In this document: piece after piece, positions 9,156 through 18,370 of the stretch
Numbering within the stretch: the stretch's first letter is position 1
Layout of the letters: every line of letters begins with the position of its first letter
Source: Hyphomicrobiales bacterium
GTDB taxonomy: Bacteria > Pseudomonadota > Alphaproteobacteria > Rhizobiales > NORP267
Length of the DNA stretch: 64,000 nt
Direction: 5' to 3'
NCBI GenBank assembly: GCA_030688605.1
Contig: JAUYJB010000177.1
Span: forward strand, 11,525-75,524
Notes under the pieces: model-generated
Seen by the model: only the letters and a program-made list of their open reading frames with translations
Database searches by the model: none
Told to the model about the DNA's origin: nothing
Translations under genes and position numbers: made by a program

Positions 9156-9743
9156 TCACTTGAGGCGGTGATAGACGCTGGACCCATAGGGGTCGGCGGG
9201 AACGGACGCGGAAAGGAATGCCCGTATCTGCGAGGTCGTGCCGGTGAGGGTGACGGTCGCATCCGGATCGCCGTCCTTGATCTCTCCCTCCAATCGGCCC
9301 GCCTCGATCGCCTCCCGCACGAATGCCGTCTCGGGAATATCGATCCTGAGCGTGTCGGGATCCTCGAGCGCCATCCGTCCGATGAAGCGGTCGATCGGAT
9401 TGGACGCGTCGGGAAATGGGTCCGGGCCCCGCGGCGCCGCCTCGAAATAGATGGCGGCGCCGATCTCGGTCAGGCGCACATCGAACAGCGTGCGGCCCAC
9501 GTCGATGTCGTCATTCCCCGGCTCGACATAGATATATGCAATCTTGCCGAGCGTCGGATCGCCGTCGTCGGGCCGGATCGTCAGCAACCAGACAGAGCCG
9601 TCCTCCGCGCGCGCCCAAGTGCCGGTGATGCTTTCGTCGATCGGCAGCGGATTGTCGATGATGGTGTTCTTTGTCTCGAGCAAACAGGCGGCAAGCGGCA
9701 ACGCGCACAGCATGACGCCGAACAACCGAACAAACGCGCGCAT
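9156..9743 (-). CDS. putative lipoprotein, unknown function
   Basis: Part of ORF 9156..9905, ATG at 9743 (MRAFVRLFGVMLCALPLAAC). Signal peptide plus lipobox L-A-A-C. Confidence 0.65.
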   Translation of the reverse strand: MRAFVRLFGVMLCALPLAACLLETKNTIIDNPLPIDESITGTWARAEDGSVWLLTIRPDDGDPTLGKIAYIYVEPGNDDIDVGRTLFDVRLTEIGAAIYFEAAPRGPDPFPDASNPIDRFIGRMALEDPDTLRIDIPETAFVREAIEAGRLEGEIKDGDPDATVTLTGTTSQIRAFLSASVPADPYGSSVYHRLK

Positions 9744-9916
9744 CGTCTTTCCTCCGGTCGACTGCCGCACTGGCGCGGATCCGCGGCCGATGTTGGCACC
9801 GGCCCGTGCCGCCGGCAAGGGCAATGGCCAATGGATGCCGGCGCAAATTCGTGGCACGGTTGGTTGCCGACGCGCAGCGCGGAGCGCCGGACGCCGTCGG
9901 ATCATGGGGAGGCAAG

Positions 9917-11014
9917 ATGAGCGAGAATTGGCACGACCTCGGCCCGACCGAGGAGTTCAAGACGGCGCCGGTGCACGAGGTGCGCATCGGCCGCACCCGC
10001 ATCGCGATCACCTGGAAGGACGGTCGGTTCGGCGCCATCTCGGGTGTATGCAACCATGTCGCCGGACCGCTCGGACAAGGCCGGCTCGACGGCGACTATG
10101 TGGTCTGCCCGTGGCATTACTGGAAGTTCCACCGCCTCACCGGCGAGGGCGAGCCGGGCTTCGAGGAGGACAAGGTGCCGCGCCACGCGGTCAAGGAGGA
10201 GAATGGCCGCCTCTTGGTCGACCCGGAACCCGCGACCAAGCGCAACCGGGTGCCGCATGCGCCGCATCCGCTCGCCCGGCGCGAGTCGCGGCCCGAGGGG
10301 CCGATCCGCGTCGCCGGCATCTCGACGACCATCATGGACCCGGCCCATCCGCGCAGATCGACCTCGGAGGAACTGCTCGACACGGCGCTCGAACATGCCG
10401 GCGAGAGCCTCGGAGCGGAAACCCGCTTGATCCGCCTCGCACAATTGAAATTCCGCGCCTGCGAAGGTTTCTACTCGAAGAGCGCGCACGCCTGCACCTG
10501 GCCTTGCTCGATTACCGAGATGGACGCCAAGGACGAGATGACGGAGGTCTATGAGGCGCTGGTGCACTGGGCCGACGCGGTGCTGGTGGCGACCCCGATC
10601 CGCTGGGGCGCCGCGAGCGCGCTCTATTTCAAGATGGCCGAGCGGCTCAACTGCGTGCAGAACCAGATCACCATCGCCAACCGGGTGCTGATCCGGAACA
10701 AGGTCGCCGGCTTCATCATCACCGGCGGCCAGGACAATATCCAGGCCGTCGCGGGACAGCTGATGGTGTTCTTTTCGGAGCTCGGGTTCTGCTTCCCCCA
10801 GTTTCCCTTCATCGCCCATTCGCGCGGCTGGTCGGCGGAGGACATGCACAACAATGTGACTCAGGTGTTTGCGAGCAAGCAGTTGCATGACGGCGCCCGC
10901 GGCCTCGCCGCCCGTGCGGTCGAGCTTGCCGGCGATCTCCTGGAGGGGGCGGGCACGCCGGAGCGCACGGTGCGGGGCGGGCGCAAGGCGCAGCGCCTCG
11001 ACAGCGCCCCATAG
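9917..11014 (+). CDS. Rieske [2Fe-2S] domain fused to a flavodoxin-like NAD(P)H-dependent FMN reductase domain
   Basis: Part of ORF 9806..11014. ATG at 9917 preceded by GGGGAGG. Rieske motif CNHVAGPL...CPWHYWKF. C-terminal IRVAGISTT...ADAVLVATPIRWGAASALYFKMAERL...GFIITGGQDN resembles multimeric flavodoxin / FMN reductase. Confidence 0.8.
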   Translation: MSENWHDLGPTEEFKTAPVHEVRIGRTRIAITWKDGRFGAISGVCNHVAGPLGQGRLDGDYVVCPWHYWKFHRLTGEGEPGFEEDKVPRHAVKEENGRLLVDPEPATKRNRVPHAPHPLARRESRPEGPIRVAGISTTIMDPAHPRRSTSEELLDTALEHAGESLGAETRLIRLAQLKFRACEGFYSKSAHACTWPCSITEMDAKDEMTEVYEALVHWADAVLVATPIRWGAASALYFKMAERLNCVQNQITIANRVLIRNKVAGFIITGGQDNIQAVAGQLMVFFSELGFCFPQFPFIAHSRGWSAEDMHNNVTQVFASKQLHDGARGLAARAVELAGDLLEGAGTPERTVRGGRKAQRLDSAP

Positions 11015-11046
11015 AGCGTTACGCGGTCAACAGCACCACGCGCGGA

Positions 11047-11769
11047 TCAATTCGGCTCGTTCCGCGCGGCGGCGCGCCGTTCGGCTGACGATCGCTTGTC
11101 GAGCACCGCCTCCAGCTCATAGCCAACGCATAAGGGATAGGCGCCGCCCACGACGAGCGTAAATGCCAGTTCGCCGACCGGAACGCCGAGGACGAGGCGA
11201 AACCAGGGATGCGCCGGGTTCCAATAGGAGACGAAATCGGGCCACACCCAGAAGCAGAATCGCACCAATGCGAAGTAGAACGCCGTGTGACATACCGCCC
11301 CGGCGGCGGCCAGCGGCCACAGCGAGGGGCGCAAGGCCAAGGCGGCCAGCGATATGATGATCAGCGCCGCCAAGCTCGCCGTCATGATTTCGATCCCGAG
11401 GATCCAAAAGACAAGCACCAGCGCCACCGCCACGCCGGCCAGCGCCGCATAGCGGCGAAGGAACGGCAGGGTCCGCGGGTTCAGCCTGAGCTTGCGGCGA
11501 AAGACCCACACCGACATGAGCCAGGCCATGGCACCGGTCTGGAAAAGGAACATGACATCTTCGATGCCCACCGGCAGGGCGGTCAAGCGCACGGGCGACC
11601 AGTAGGCCTCCTGGTGCAACACCGCCAGCGGCGTGAGGGGAACCAGGCCCAGACCGCCGATGACCATGGCCTGCCTCTGATTCCCGGCGACGATGAAGCC
11701 CGCCAGCACCACCGCCAGCCCGAGCAGGTCGGCAAAGAAATAGGGGTGCGCGTAAAAAAACGTAGCCAA
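11047..11769 (-). CDS. polytopic membrane protein, possibly lycopene-cyclase-domain family
   Basis: Part of ORF 11047..11925. The start is uncertain: I placed it at a TTG at 11769, downstream of the MFS gene stop at 11789. Several hydrophobic segments. Two PxGxE(D/E)xxF-like motifs (LPVGIEDVMFLF, VPVGELAFTLV). Confidence 0.5.
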   Translation of the reverse strand: MATFFYAHPYFFADLLGLAVVLAGFIVAGNQRQAMVIGGLGLVPLTPLAVLHQEAYWSPVRLTALPVGIEDVMFLFQTGAMAWLMSVWVFRRKLRLNPRTLPFLRRYAALAGVAVALVLVFWILGIEIMTASLAALIIISLAALALRPSLWPLAAAGAVCHTAFYFALVRFCFWVWPDFVSYWNPAHPWFRLVLGVPVGELAFTLVVGGAYPLCVGYELEAVLDKRSSAERRAAARNEPN

Positions 11770-11788
11770 GCTTCCATCCGCCGTCGGC

Positions 11789-13003
11789 CTATCGCCGATT
11801 ATCCCTGCCGGCGGACCAAATGCCAAGGACCAGGAACGAAGCCGAGGTCGCGCCGCATCCGACCATGACGGCGACGGTCGCGAAGGCCGTGCCGTCATGC
11901 AGCGCGCTGACGGCGACAGTCGCAAGCGTGCCGGCGCCGACCTGCAGGAAGCCGGTCAGCCCGGCGCCGGCGCCGGCAATGTCCGGACGCACATTGATGG
12001 CGCTCGTGGTGCCGCTCGGCACGATCAGCCCGCCGCCCACGGAGGTGAGCGCCATCGGCAGGAACAGCGTCAGGAGATGGAGCTGATCGAGCATGATCAC
12101 GCCGACCAGCGAGCCCAGCGCGATCAGCGAGACGAGGTTGCCGGCAATATTGATCCGGTTGGCGCCGTAGCGCATGGTGAGCCGGCCGGTGAGGAAATTC
12201 CCCGCCATGTAGCCGATCGAGATAAAGACGAAATAAAGCCCGTAGTCGACCGGCGTCCCGCCGATGATGTCGGTGACGATGAAAGGCGCGCCGGCAAGAA
12301 AGGCAAGATAGGTGGCCGTCGAAAAGGCGACATTGAGGGAGTAGCCGATGAACGCCGGCTTCCGCAAAAGGAAGATGCTGTTGTGCGCCAGCTTGGCAAA
12401 GCCCGCGGACCCGTCGCGCTCGTGGTGGGTCTCGTGCATCTGCGCCAGCGACAGGACGTAGACGAGCGCGCCGAAGGCGGCCACGAATACAAAGCCGGCG
12501 CGCCAGCCGCCGAGCTGGTCGAGAAAGCCGCCGATTCCCGGCGCCACCATCGGGGCGACGACCATGGCCATGGTCACATATCCGAGCTTGCTCGCCGCCT
12601 CGTCGCGGTCATACATGTCGCGGACGACGGCACGGGCGAGCGCGACGCCGGAGCAGCCGCCGGCGGCCTGCAGGATGCGCATGGCGATCAGCTGCTCGAA
12701 TGAGGTGGCGAGCGCACAGCCGAGGCTGGCCAGCACGAACAGCGCCGTGCCCGACAGGAGAACCGGCCGGCGTCCGTACCGGTCGGACAATGGGCCTATG
12801 ATGAGCTGGGCAACGGCGAAGGCTGCGAGATAGATGCTCAGCGTCAGCTGCGCCGTCGCATAGTCGATATTGAGCGAGGCCCGCAGGCCGGGCAGCGAAG
12901 GAACGAAAACGTTAAGCGCCACCGGCGCCAGCGCCGTGGCCGCAACAAGAACGAACAGGCCCGGCCTGCGCGGCGCCGTTGCAGCGGGGATTTGGAGGGA
13001 CAT
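11789..13003 (-). CDS. MFS transporter, Bcr/CflA drug-resistance subfamily
   Basis: ORF 11789..13015, with ATG at 13003 and an alternative TTG at 13015. Motif GPLSDRYGRRPVLL and a 12-TM-like profile. Confidence 0.85.
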   Translation of the reverse strand: MSLQIPAATAPRRPGLFVLVAATALAPVALNVFVPSLPGLRASLNIDYATAQLTLSIYLAAFAVAQLIIGPLSDRYGRRPVLLSGTALFVLASLGCALATSFEQLIAMRILQAAGGCSGVALARAVVRDMYDRDEAASKLGYVTMAMVVAPMVAPGIGGFLDQLGGWRAGFVFVAAFGALVYVLSLAQMHETHHERDGSAGFAKLAHNSIFLLRKPAFIGYSLNVAFSTATYLAFLAGAPFIVTDIIGGTPVDYGLYFVFISIGYMAGNFLTGRLTMRYGANRINIAGNLVSLIALGSLVGVIMLDQLHLLTLFLPMALTSVGGGLIVPSGTTSAINVRPDIAGAGAGLTGFLQVGAGTLATVAVSALHDGTAFATVAVMVGCGATSASFLVLGIWSAGRDNRR

Positions 13004-13118
13004 GGCGGCGATCAATTAACAGAACAACGATCTCATCGCCAGCGCATATGCGACACTCATCCTAACCCCTTAGCGCAGATTGCCCGGCGCCGGAGACGCC
13101 GCCGTCTTTTGGTCTGGT

Positions 13119-13598
13119 CTAAGCGGCCTTGATCTTGATGCTGCGCTCCTTCTTGGCCGCGCCGGGCGGCTTCGGCAGGGTGACCTTGAGCACGCCCTTG
13201 TCGAAACGCGCCTCGACCTTGTCCGGGTCGGCGTCGAAGGGCACGGAGATCGTGCGCCGAACGGCGCCGTAGCTGCGCTCGACCAGATGGTAGGTTTTGT
13301 CCTTGCTCTCCTTTTCCGCCTTCTTTTCGGCCTTGATGGTCAGGAGGTTGTTGCTCAGCGTGACGTCGATGTCCTTTTCCTCGACGCCCGGAAGCTCCGC
13401 GGTCAACTCCAGTGACTGATCGGTCTCGCTGACGTCGATGCTCGGCGTAAGCGCACCCTCGCCTGCAAACGGCCAGCCCAATGCGGGCATGCCGCGCGAA
13501 AACTCGCCAAACAGGCGGTCGACCTCGCGCTGCAATTGTGAAAATGGATCGCTTCTTGCCATTTCGCGCGATCCAAACGAGGGAATAATAGTACCCAT
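13119..13598 (-). CDS. Hsp20/alpha-crystallin family small heat-shock protein
   Basis: ORF 13119..13598. Strong RBS GAGAGGAGAAGGA before the ATG. Alpha-crystallin domain (AELPGVEEKDIDVTL ... GVLKVTLPK). Confidence 0.92.
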   Translation of the reverse strand: MGTIIPSFGSREMARSDPFSQLQREVDRLFGEFSRGMPALGWPFAGEGALTPSIDVSETDQSLELTAELPGVEEKDIDVTLSNNLLTIKAEKKAEKESKDKTYHLVERSYGAVRRTISVPFDADPDKVEARFDKGVLKVTLPKPPGAAKKERSIKIKAA

Positions 13599-13650
13599 TG
13601 TCCTTCTCCTCTCATCGCACGTGACTGCGGCAAAAACCGCAACTGAAGTT

Positions 13651-13680
13651 CATGTAGTTTCGCTCTTCGCGCCATCAAGA
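13651..13680 (-). promoter_or_regulatory. candidate RpoH (sigma32)-type promoter for hsp20
   Basis: The minus strand reads CTTGAT-N-aCTAcAT (CTTG, 17 nt, ACTACAT), against the alphaproteobacterial consensus CTTG-N17-CYTATNT. It lies about 50 nt upstream of the ATG. Imperfect match. Confidence 0.25.
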
Positions 13681-13713
13681 CCAGCGACCCTGTCTATGGC
13701 GTCGCACCCACGC

Positions 13714-14958
13714 TCAGACGAGCAGCCGGGCTGCCTCGAACAGGAAAACCAGGCTGCTGAGGGCCGCGCCCGCGACCGGCACCCACAGGGGAACCGCAAA
13801 GGGGGGCGGCACGTCTGCCCGCAGCTTGATGCGGATCAGGGCCAGATTGACGATGGTGAAGATCAGCAGAATAACCGCCGAGGTGGCCCGGGCAAGGTCG
13901 CCGATCGGCAACAGGACGGCAAGCAAGGCGACGATGGCGACCACCAGGAAGGTGGCCGGCAAAGGCGTGCGGGTCACCGGGCTGACGGTGCCGAGCCAGG
14001 CCGGTAGCGCCTTCTCGCGCGCCAGCCCATAGAGAACCCGTGAGGCCATCAGCATTTGGATCAGCACCGTGTTCAGGGTCGCGCCGACGGCGATGGCGCT
14101 GATCGGCGCCGGGTCGCGGCCGGTCGCCACGGCATAGACGCGGGCGAGCGGTGCTTCCTGTCCGGCAAGCTCCGCGGGAGCCACGACCGCGACGGCGACG
14201 AAGATGACGGAAAGATATAGCCCGGTGGTCATGAACAAAGTGAGCGCGATGGCCCTCGGCATGGTGCGCTCCGGCGCCTTCACCTCCTCGGCCATGTTGA
14301 CGATGTCCTCGAAGCCGACAAAGGCGAAGACGGCAAACAGCATGGCGGATCCGACGCCGACCCATTGCACCGCTCCACCCTGCGGCCAGATCGCCACAAT
14401 GTGAGCGAGGGGATCGGAAACGGCGGGGGCGCCGACGATGACGATCCAGATCAGCGCCCCGACCTCGAACAGGCTGATGGCCACGGCAACCGCCATCGAT
14501 TGCACCACGCCCCAGGCGGCGACGGCGCCAAGAACGACGATCAGCGCGAAGGCTGTCGCGGCGCGCGGCACGGCGACGAATTCGCGCAAGTAGCCGGCCG
14601 CCCCGATGGCCACCGCAGCCGCCGATACGATCCCCACGGCGGCCACGAACAGACCGATCAGCCGGGCGAGATTTACGGAGCGGAAGGCTTCCCCGACGTA
14701 GACCGCCTCGCCGGCGCTCCTGGGCAGGCGCGATGAAAGTTCGCCGAAACTGAACGCCGTCGGCGCGACGACGAGCGCGGCGAGGATGAAGGAGAGCGGC
14801 GCGGCGGCACCCGCCACCCGCGCGGCCTCGCCGACCAGCACATAGATGCCGGCGCCGACGGTCACGCCGACGCCGTAAAGCGCCAGCGGAATGAGCGTGA
14901 TGCTGCGCCTGAGGGCGGCCGGTGGCTGCGGCTCCATCGGCCTTGTCGGCTCGGACAT
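13714..14958 (-). CDS. APC-family amino acid permease
   Basis: Part of ORF 13714..14997. ATG at 14958 preceded by GGAGGAG. N-terminal LIPLALYGVGVTVGAGIYVLVGE is typical of the APC superfamily. Confidence 0.85.
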   Translation of the reverse strand: MSEPTRPMEPQPPAALRRSITLIPLALYGVGVTVGAGIYVLVGEAARVAGAAAPLSFILAALVVAPTAFSFGELSSRLPRSAGEAVYVGEAFRSVNLARLIGLFVAAVGIVSAAAVAIGAAGYLREFVAVPRAATAFALIVVLGAVAAWGVVQSMAVAVAISLFEVGALIWIVIVGAPAVSDPLAHIVAIWPQGGAVQWVGVGSAMLFAVFAFVGFEDIVNMAEEVKAPERTMPRAIALTLFMTTGLYLSVIFVAVAVVAPAELAGQEAPLARVYAVATGRDPAPISAIAVGATLNTVLIQMLMASRVLYGLAREKALPAWLGTVSPVTRTPLPATFLVVAIVALLAVLLPIGDLARATSAVILLIFTIVNLALIRIKLRADVPPPFAVPLWVPVAGAALSSLVFLFEAARLLV

Positions 14959-15199
14959 CTTGCTCCTCCAGCCGCGATAGGATCGGCCCTCCCTCACATC
15001 GGGTCGCCGCCGCCGCCGCGCAAGCGCGGCAATGGGCGATGGCCCGCAACAGGTCGGTAAACCTGATCGTGATCATCAACCGGGTTGAAACCAATGCATG
15101 ATTGGTACAGCATTGGTTACAAAGCGCGCCAAGATGCTCAACTGCTCGAAGGTCCGCGTCCGGGCCGGGCAAACCATAATTCGTTCAAGGGAGAGATTT

Positions 15200-16210
15200 A
15201 TGACCGGCTTCAAGACCACACGACGCCACTTTCTGGCCGGCACCGCCGCCATCTCCGGCGCGGCCATGCTGGCCGGCAGAGGACTGCCCGCATTCGCCCA
15301 GTCCTTTCCGTCACGCAATATCGACGTCGTCATCCCCACCCGGGAAGGCGGCGGCGCGGACCGGCTCTACCGTTCCTTCACCAGCATCTGGAAGAATTAT
15401 CTGAAGACCGACTTCGAGGTGGGCTTCTTCCCCGGCGCGTCGGGACGGGCCGGATACGACACCTATGTCAGCAAGCGCGACCCGGACGCGCACAATCTGT
15501 TATTCGGCAATATGGGGCCGGAGCTGGCGGTGATGGTGGTGCAGGACACGCCGTACGGCTTCCCCGAGGACTTCCAGTATTTCTGTCGGCTGGACGTCGA
15601 TCCGAGCGTCCTGTTCGTCAGGGCGGACAGCCCCTTCAAGACGGCCGACGACGTGATCGCCGAGGGCAAGAAACGCACCCTGTCGGTGGCCACCAGCCGG
15701 TTGCCGCACCCGGCCTCCATCGGCATGCTGCTGCTCGCCGAGCACACTGGCGCCCAGGTCAATCTGATCCCGCTGTCGGGCGGCCGCAACACGATTGCCG
15801 GCGTGGTGACCGGCGAGACGGATCTCGGCGTACTGCCGTCGGGCTCCACGGCCGGGGCCGGCGAGGCGGTTCGGTCGCTGGCGGTCTGGGGCGACAAGAA
15901 CCCAATCCCGGACCAGCTCAACAACGCACCGACTGTGAACGCGCATTTCGGTACGAGCTTCCCGGAGTTGGTGTCGGCCCGCGCTTTCGCCATTCACACC
16001 AAGGCGATCGAGGCCTATCCCGACCGATTCGAGATTCTGAACAGCACCTCCAAGACGGCGTTTGACGATGCAGCCTGGCCGGACGCCGCCAAGCAGGCCG
16101 GCCAGCCGCTGGAGTTGCTGAGCTACGGCGATCGGGAAGCCTGCGCCAAGATGGCCGGCGGCATGACCGAGCTTGCGAAGCGGTATAAGGGCCTCTTGTC
16201 CGGCAAGTGA
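15200..16210 (+). CDS. tctC: tripartite tricarboxylate transporter (TTT) substrate-binding protein (TctC/Bug family), Tat signal
   Basis: Part of ORF 15098..16210. ATG at 15200 after AAGGGAGAG. Twin-arginine signal TRRHFLAGTAAISGAAMLA. Followed by tctB and tctA. Confidence 0.85.
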   Translation: MTGFKTTRRHFLAGTAAISGAAMLAGRGLPAFAQSFPSRNIDVVIPTREGGGADRLYRSFTSIWKNYLKTDFEVGFFPGASGRAGYDTYVSKRDPDAHNLLFGNMGPELAVMVVQDTPYGFPEDFQYFCRLDVDPSVLFVRADSPFKTADDVIAEGKKRTLSVATSRLPHPASIGMLLLAEHTGAQVNLIPLSGGRNTIAGVVTGETDLGVLPSGSTAGAGEAVRSLAVWGDKNPIPDQLNNAPTVNAHFGTSFPELVSARAFAIHTKAIEAYPDRFEILNSTSKTAFDDAAWPDAAKQAGQPLELLSYGDREACAKMAGGMTELAKRYKGLLSGK

Positions 16211-16300
16211 GAGAGCCCGGCTGGCCGTACCTCCCATATGGGTCGCCCAGCCGCCGGTTGGCGGCTGGGCGCCTCAAATTGTGAAAATTGGGATTGACGA

Positions 16301-16810
16301 ATGTCCAAGCGTCCTAGGAGCGAAGGCGGCCGCACCGTCATCGGCGGCGAGCTGATCCTCCCCGTCGCCGGTCTCATTTTCACCCTCTACTATTTCTCGA
16401 CCATCCTCGACTCGCCTTGGGAGGCGCAGGTCGCCGCCTTCTTCGTCGGTTCGATCCTGATCGCGTTGATCTTCATCTTCCTGGTCAAGACCGGATTGGC
16501 GCTAGCCCGCGGCGAGGCGCGGTTCGATCTAAAACCGCTGGTTGCGCCGCTCAGGATCAATCTCAAGCGGCTGGCCCTGTTCGGGCTGACGCTCGGCTAT
16601 GTGCTGCTGATCCCCTATCTCGGTTTCACCATCACGACCTTCGTGTTCATGGCGTCCGCCATGTTTTTGCTGCAGCAGAAGAAGCGGCTGCTTTTCGCCA
16701 TCGTCCTGTCGGCGGTCATTTCGCTTTTGGGTTATCTGCTCTTTATCGTGGCGTTCGAGACGCGCTTCCCGCGCGGGCCATTCGAGGAGCTGATGCGGGG
16801 GATCTTCTGA
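16301..16810 (+). CDS. tctB: TTT small membrane subunit TctB
   Basis: ORF 16301..16810. Four hydrophobic segments. Positioned between tctC and tctA. Confidence 0.8.
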   Translation: MSKRPRSEGGRTVIGGELILPVAGLIFTLYYFSTILDSPWEAQVAAFFVGSILIALIFIFLVKTGLALARGEARFDLKPLVAPLRINLKRLALFGLTLGYVLLIPYLGFTITTFVFMASAMFLLQQKKRLLFAIVLSAVISLLGYLLFIVAFETRFPRGPFEELMRGIF

Positions 16811-16811
16811 G

Positions 16812-18368
16812 ATGGTTTTCGACTGGAGCCTGTTCTGGCCGCTGTTCGTCGACATGCTGTCGATGTGGTGGGTGATCATACCGGCCATTTTCCTGGGCCT
16901 CATCGTCGGCGCCATACCCGGCTTCTCCGCCGCCAACACCATCATCATCCTTTTGCCGCTGACGCTCGCCGTCGATGTCAAGACCGGCATTGTCTTCATG
17001 GTCGCGCTCTATGCCTCCTCGCGCATGGGCGCCGGGGCGCCGGCCATTCTGGTCAACATTCCCGGCACGGCGGGGGCGGCCGCGACGCCGCTTGACGGCT
17101 ATCCGATGGCCAAGGCCGGCCGGGCGCCGCAAGCGCTCGCCATGTCCTTCACCGCGTCCACGCTGGGCGGGTTGCTGACGACGGCCATTTCGCTTCTGGC
17201 GCTGCCCTATCTGGCGCGGGTCGGCTATGTCATGCATTCGGTGGAGATGATCGTGGTGATGCTGTTCGGCATCTCGCTGATCGCCTCAATCGCCTCCAGC
17301 GATCCGCTCAAGGGCCTGATCGCCGGCTTTTTCGGCCTGATGGTGGGCGCCATCGGCGCCGACCATGTCTATGCGACGCCGCGCGGCACCTTCGGATTCC
17401 TTGAGCTTTTCGACGGCGTCCCGCTGATCCCGGCCCTGGTCGGCCTGTTCGCCGTCTCCGAGGCGTTCATCTTCATCGAGGCAGAATCGATTCTGACAAG
17501 CCGCGGCCGGCAGTTGATGAAGACCGCCGACTGGAGCGCAACGGTGGAAGGCGTGCGCATGACATTCCAGCGCTGGTGGCACGTCACCTGGACGGCGCTC
17601 ATCGGGCTGGCGATCGGCGTCATCCCCGGTGCCGGCGCGTCGATCGCCTCCTTCGTCGCCTATCAGCAGTCGAAAACCTTCTCGAAAACCCCGGAGCTTT
17701 ACGGCACCGGCCATCCGGAAGGGCTGATCGCGCCGGAAAGCGCCAACAACGGCGTCACCGCCGGCACGCTCATCCCGTTGCTCGTGCTCGGCATCCCCGG
17801 CGGCGCCACCGCGGCGATCATGATCGTCGTCATGCAGTTCCACGGCGTGCAGATGGGCCCGCGGCTGTTCATGGTGCAGGCGGAGCTCGCCTACGGCATG
17901 CTGATGGCGATGTTCGTCACCTATCTGTTCATGATCTTCACCATCCTGCCGCTCAGCCGCTACATGTCGAAGGTGACGATGGTCTCCACCAGCTACATGG
18001 CGCCCCTGGTCATCGCCTTCACTTTGGTCGGCTCCTTCGTGCCGCGCGCATACATGTTCGACATGTATGTCGGCCTCGCCTTCGGCGTCATCGGCTATGT
18101 CGCCCGCAAGACCGGCTATCACGTCGCCGCCATCCTGATCGGCGTCATCCTCGGGCCCCTCCTGGAAATGTATTTCCTCAGGGCGGTCAGGATCGCCCAG
18201 GGCGACCTGATGGTGCTGTTCTCCTCCACCATCGGCAATGTGCTGTGGGTGCTGCTGGCGATCACGATCGCCCTGCCCTATTACATGGATTGGCGGCGCA
18301 AGCGGCGCGGCATCCGCGGGGAGCACCTGGAGGAAGAGGCGACGCCGGCATTGACCGAAGGAAGTTGA
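16812..18368 (+). CDS. tctA: TTT large permease subunit TctA
   Basis: ORF 16812..18368. GAIPGFSAANTIIILLPLT and IGVIPGAGASIASFVAY repeats typical of TctA. Confidence 0.92.
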   Translation: MVFDWSLFWPLFVDMLSMWWVIIPAIFLGLIVGAIPGFSAANTIIILLPLTLAVDVKTGIVFMVALYASSRMGAGAPAILVNIPGTAGAAATPLDGYPMAKAGRAPQALAMSFTASTLGGLLTTAISLLALPYLARVGYVMHSVEMIVVMLFGISLIASIASSDPLKGLIAGFFGLMVGAIGADHVYATPRGTFGFLELFDGVPLIPALVGLFAVSEAFIFIEAESILTSRGRQLMKTADWSATVEGVRMTFQRWWHVTWTALIGLAIGVIPGAGASIASFVAYQQSKTFSKTPELYGTGHPEGLIAPESANNGVTAGTLIPLLVLGIPGGATAAIMIVVMQFHGVQMGPRLFMVQAELAYGMLMAMFVTYLFMIFTILPLSRYMSKVTMVSTSYMAPLVIAFTLVGSFVPRAYMFDMYVGLAFGVIGYVARKTGYHVAAILIGVILGPLLEMYFLRAVRIAQGDLMVLFSSTIGNVLWVLLAITIALPYYMDWRRKRRGIRGEHLEEEATPALTEGS

Positions 18369-18370
18369 TC

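Noticed and set aside
13599-13690. ROSE-type RNA thermometer upstream of hsp20
   Set aside because: I looked for one because ROSE elements commonly precede rhizobial small HSP genes. A small hairpin (UGCGG-UUUUUG-CCGCA) exists, but I could not find an anti-SD stretch pairing with GAGAGGAGAAGGA or the conserved bulged-G hairpin. Only a weak sigma32-like promoter is reported.
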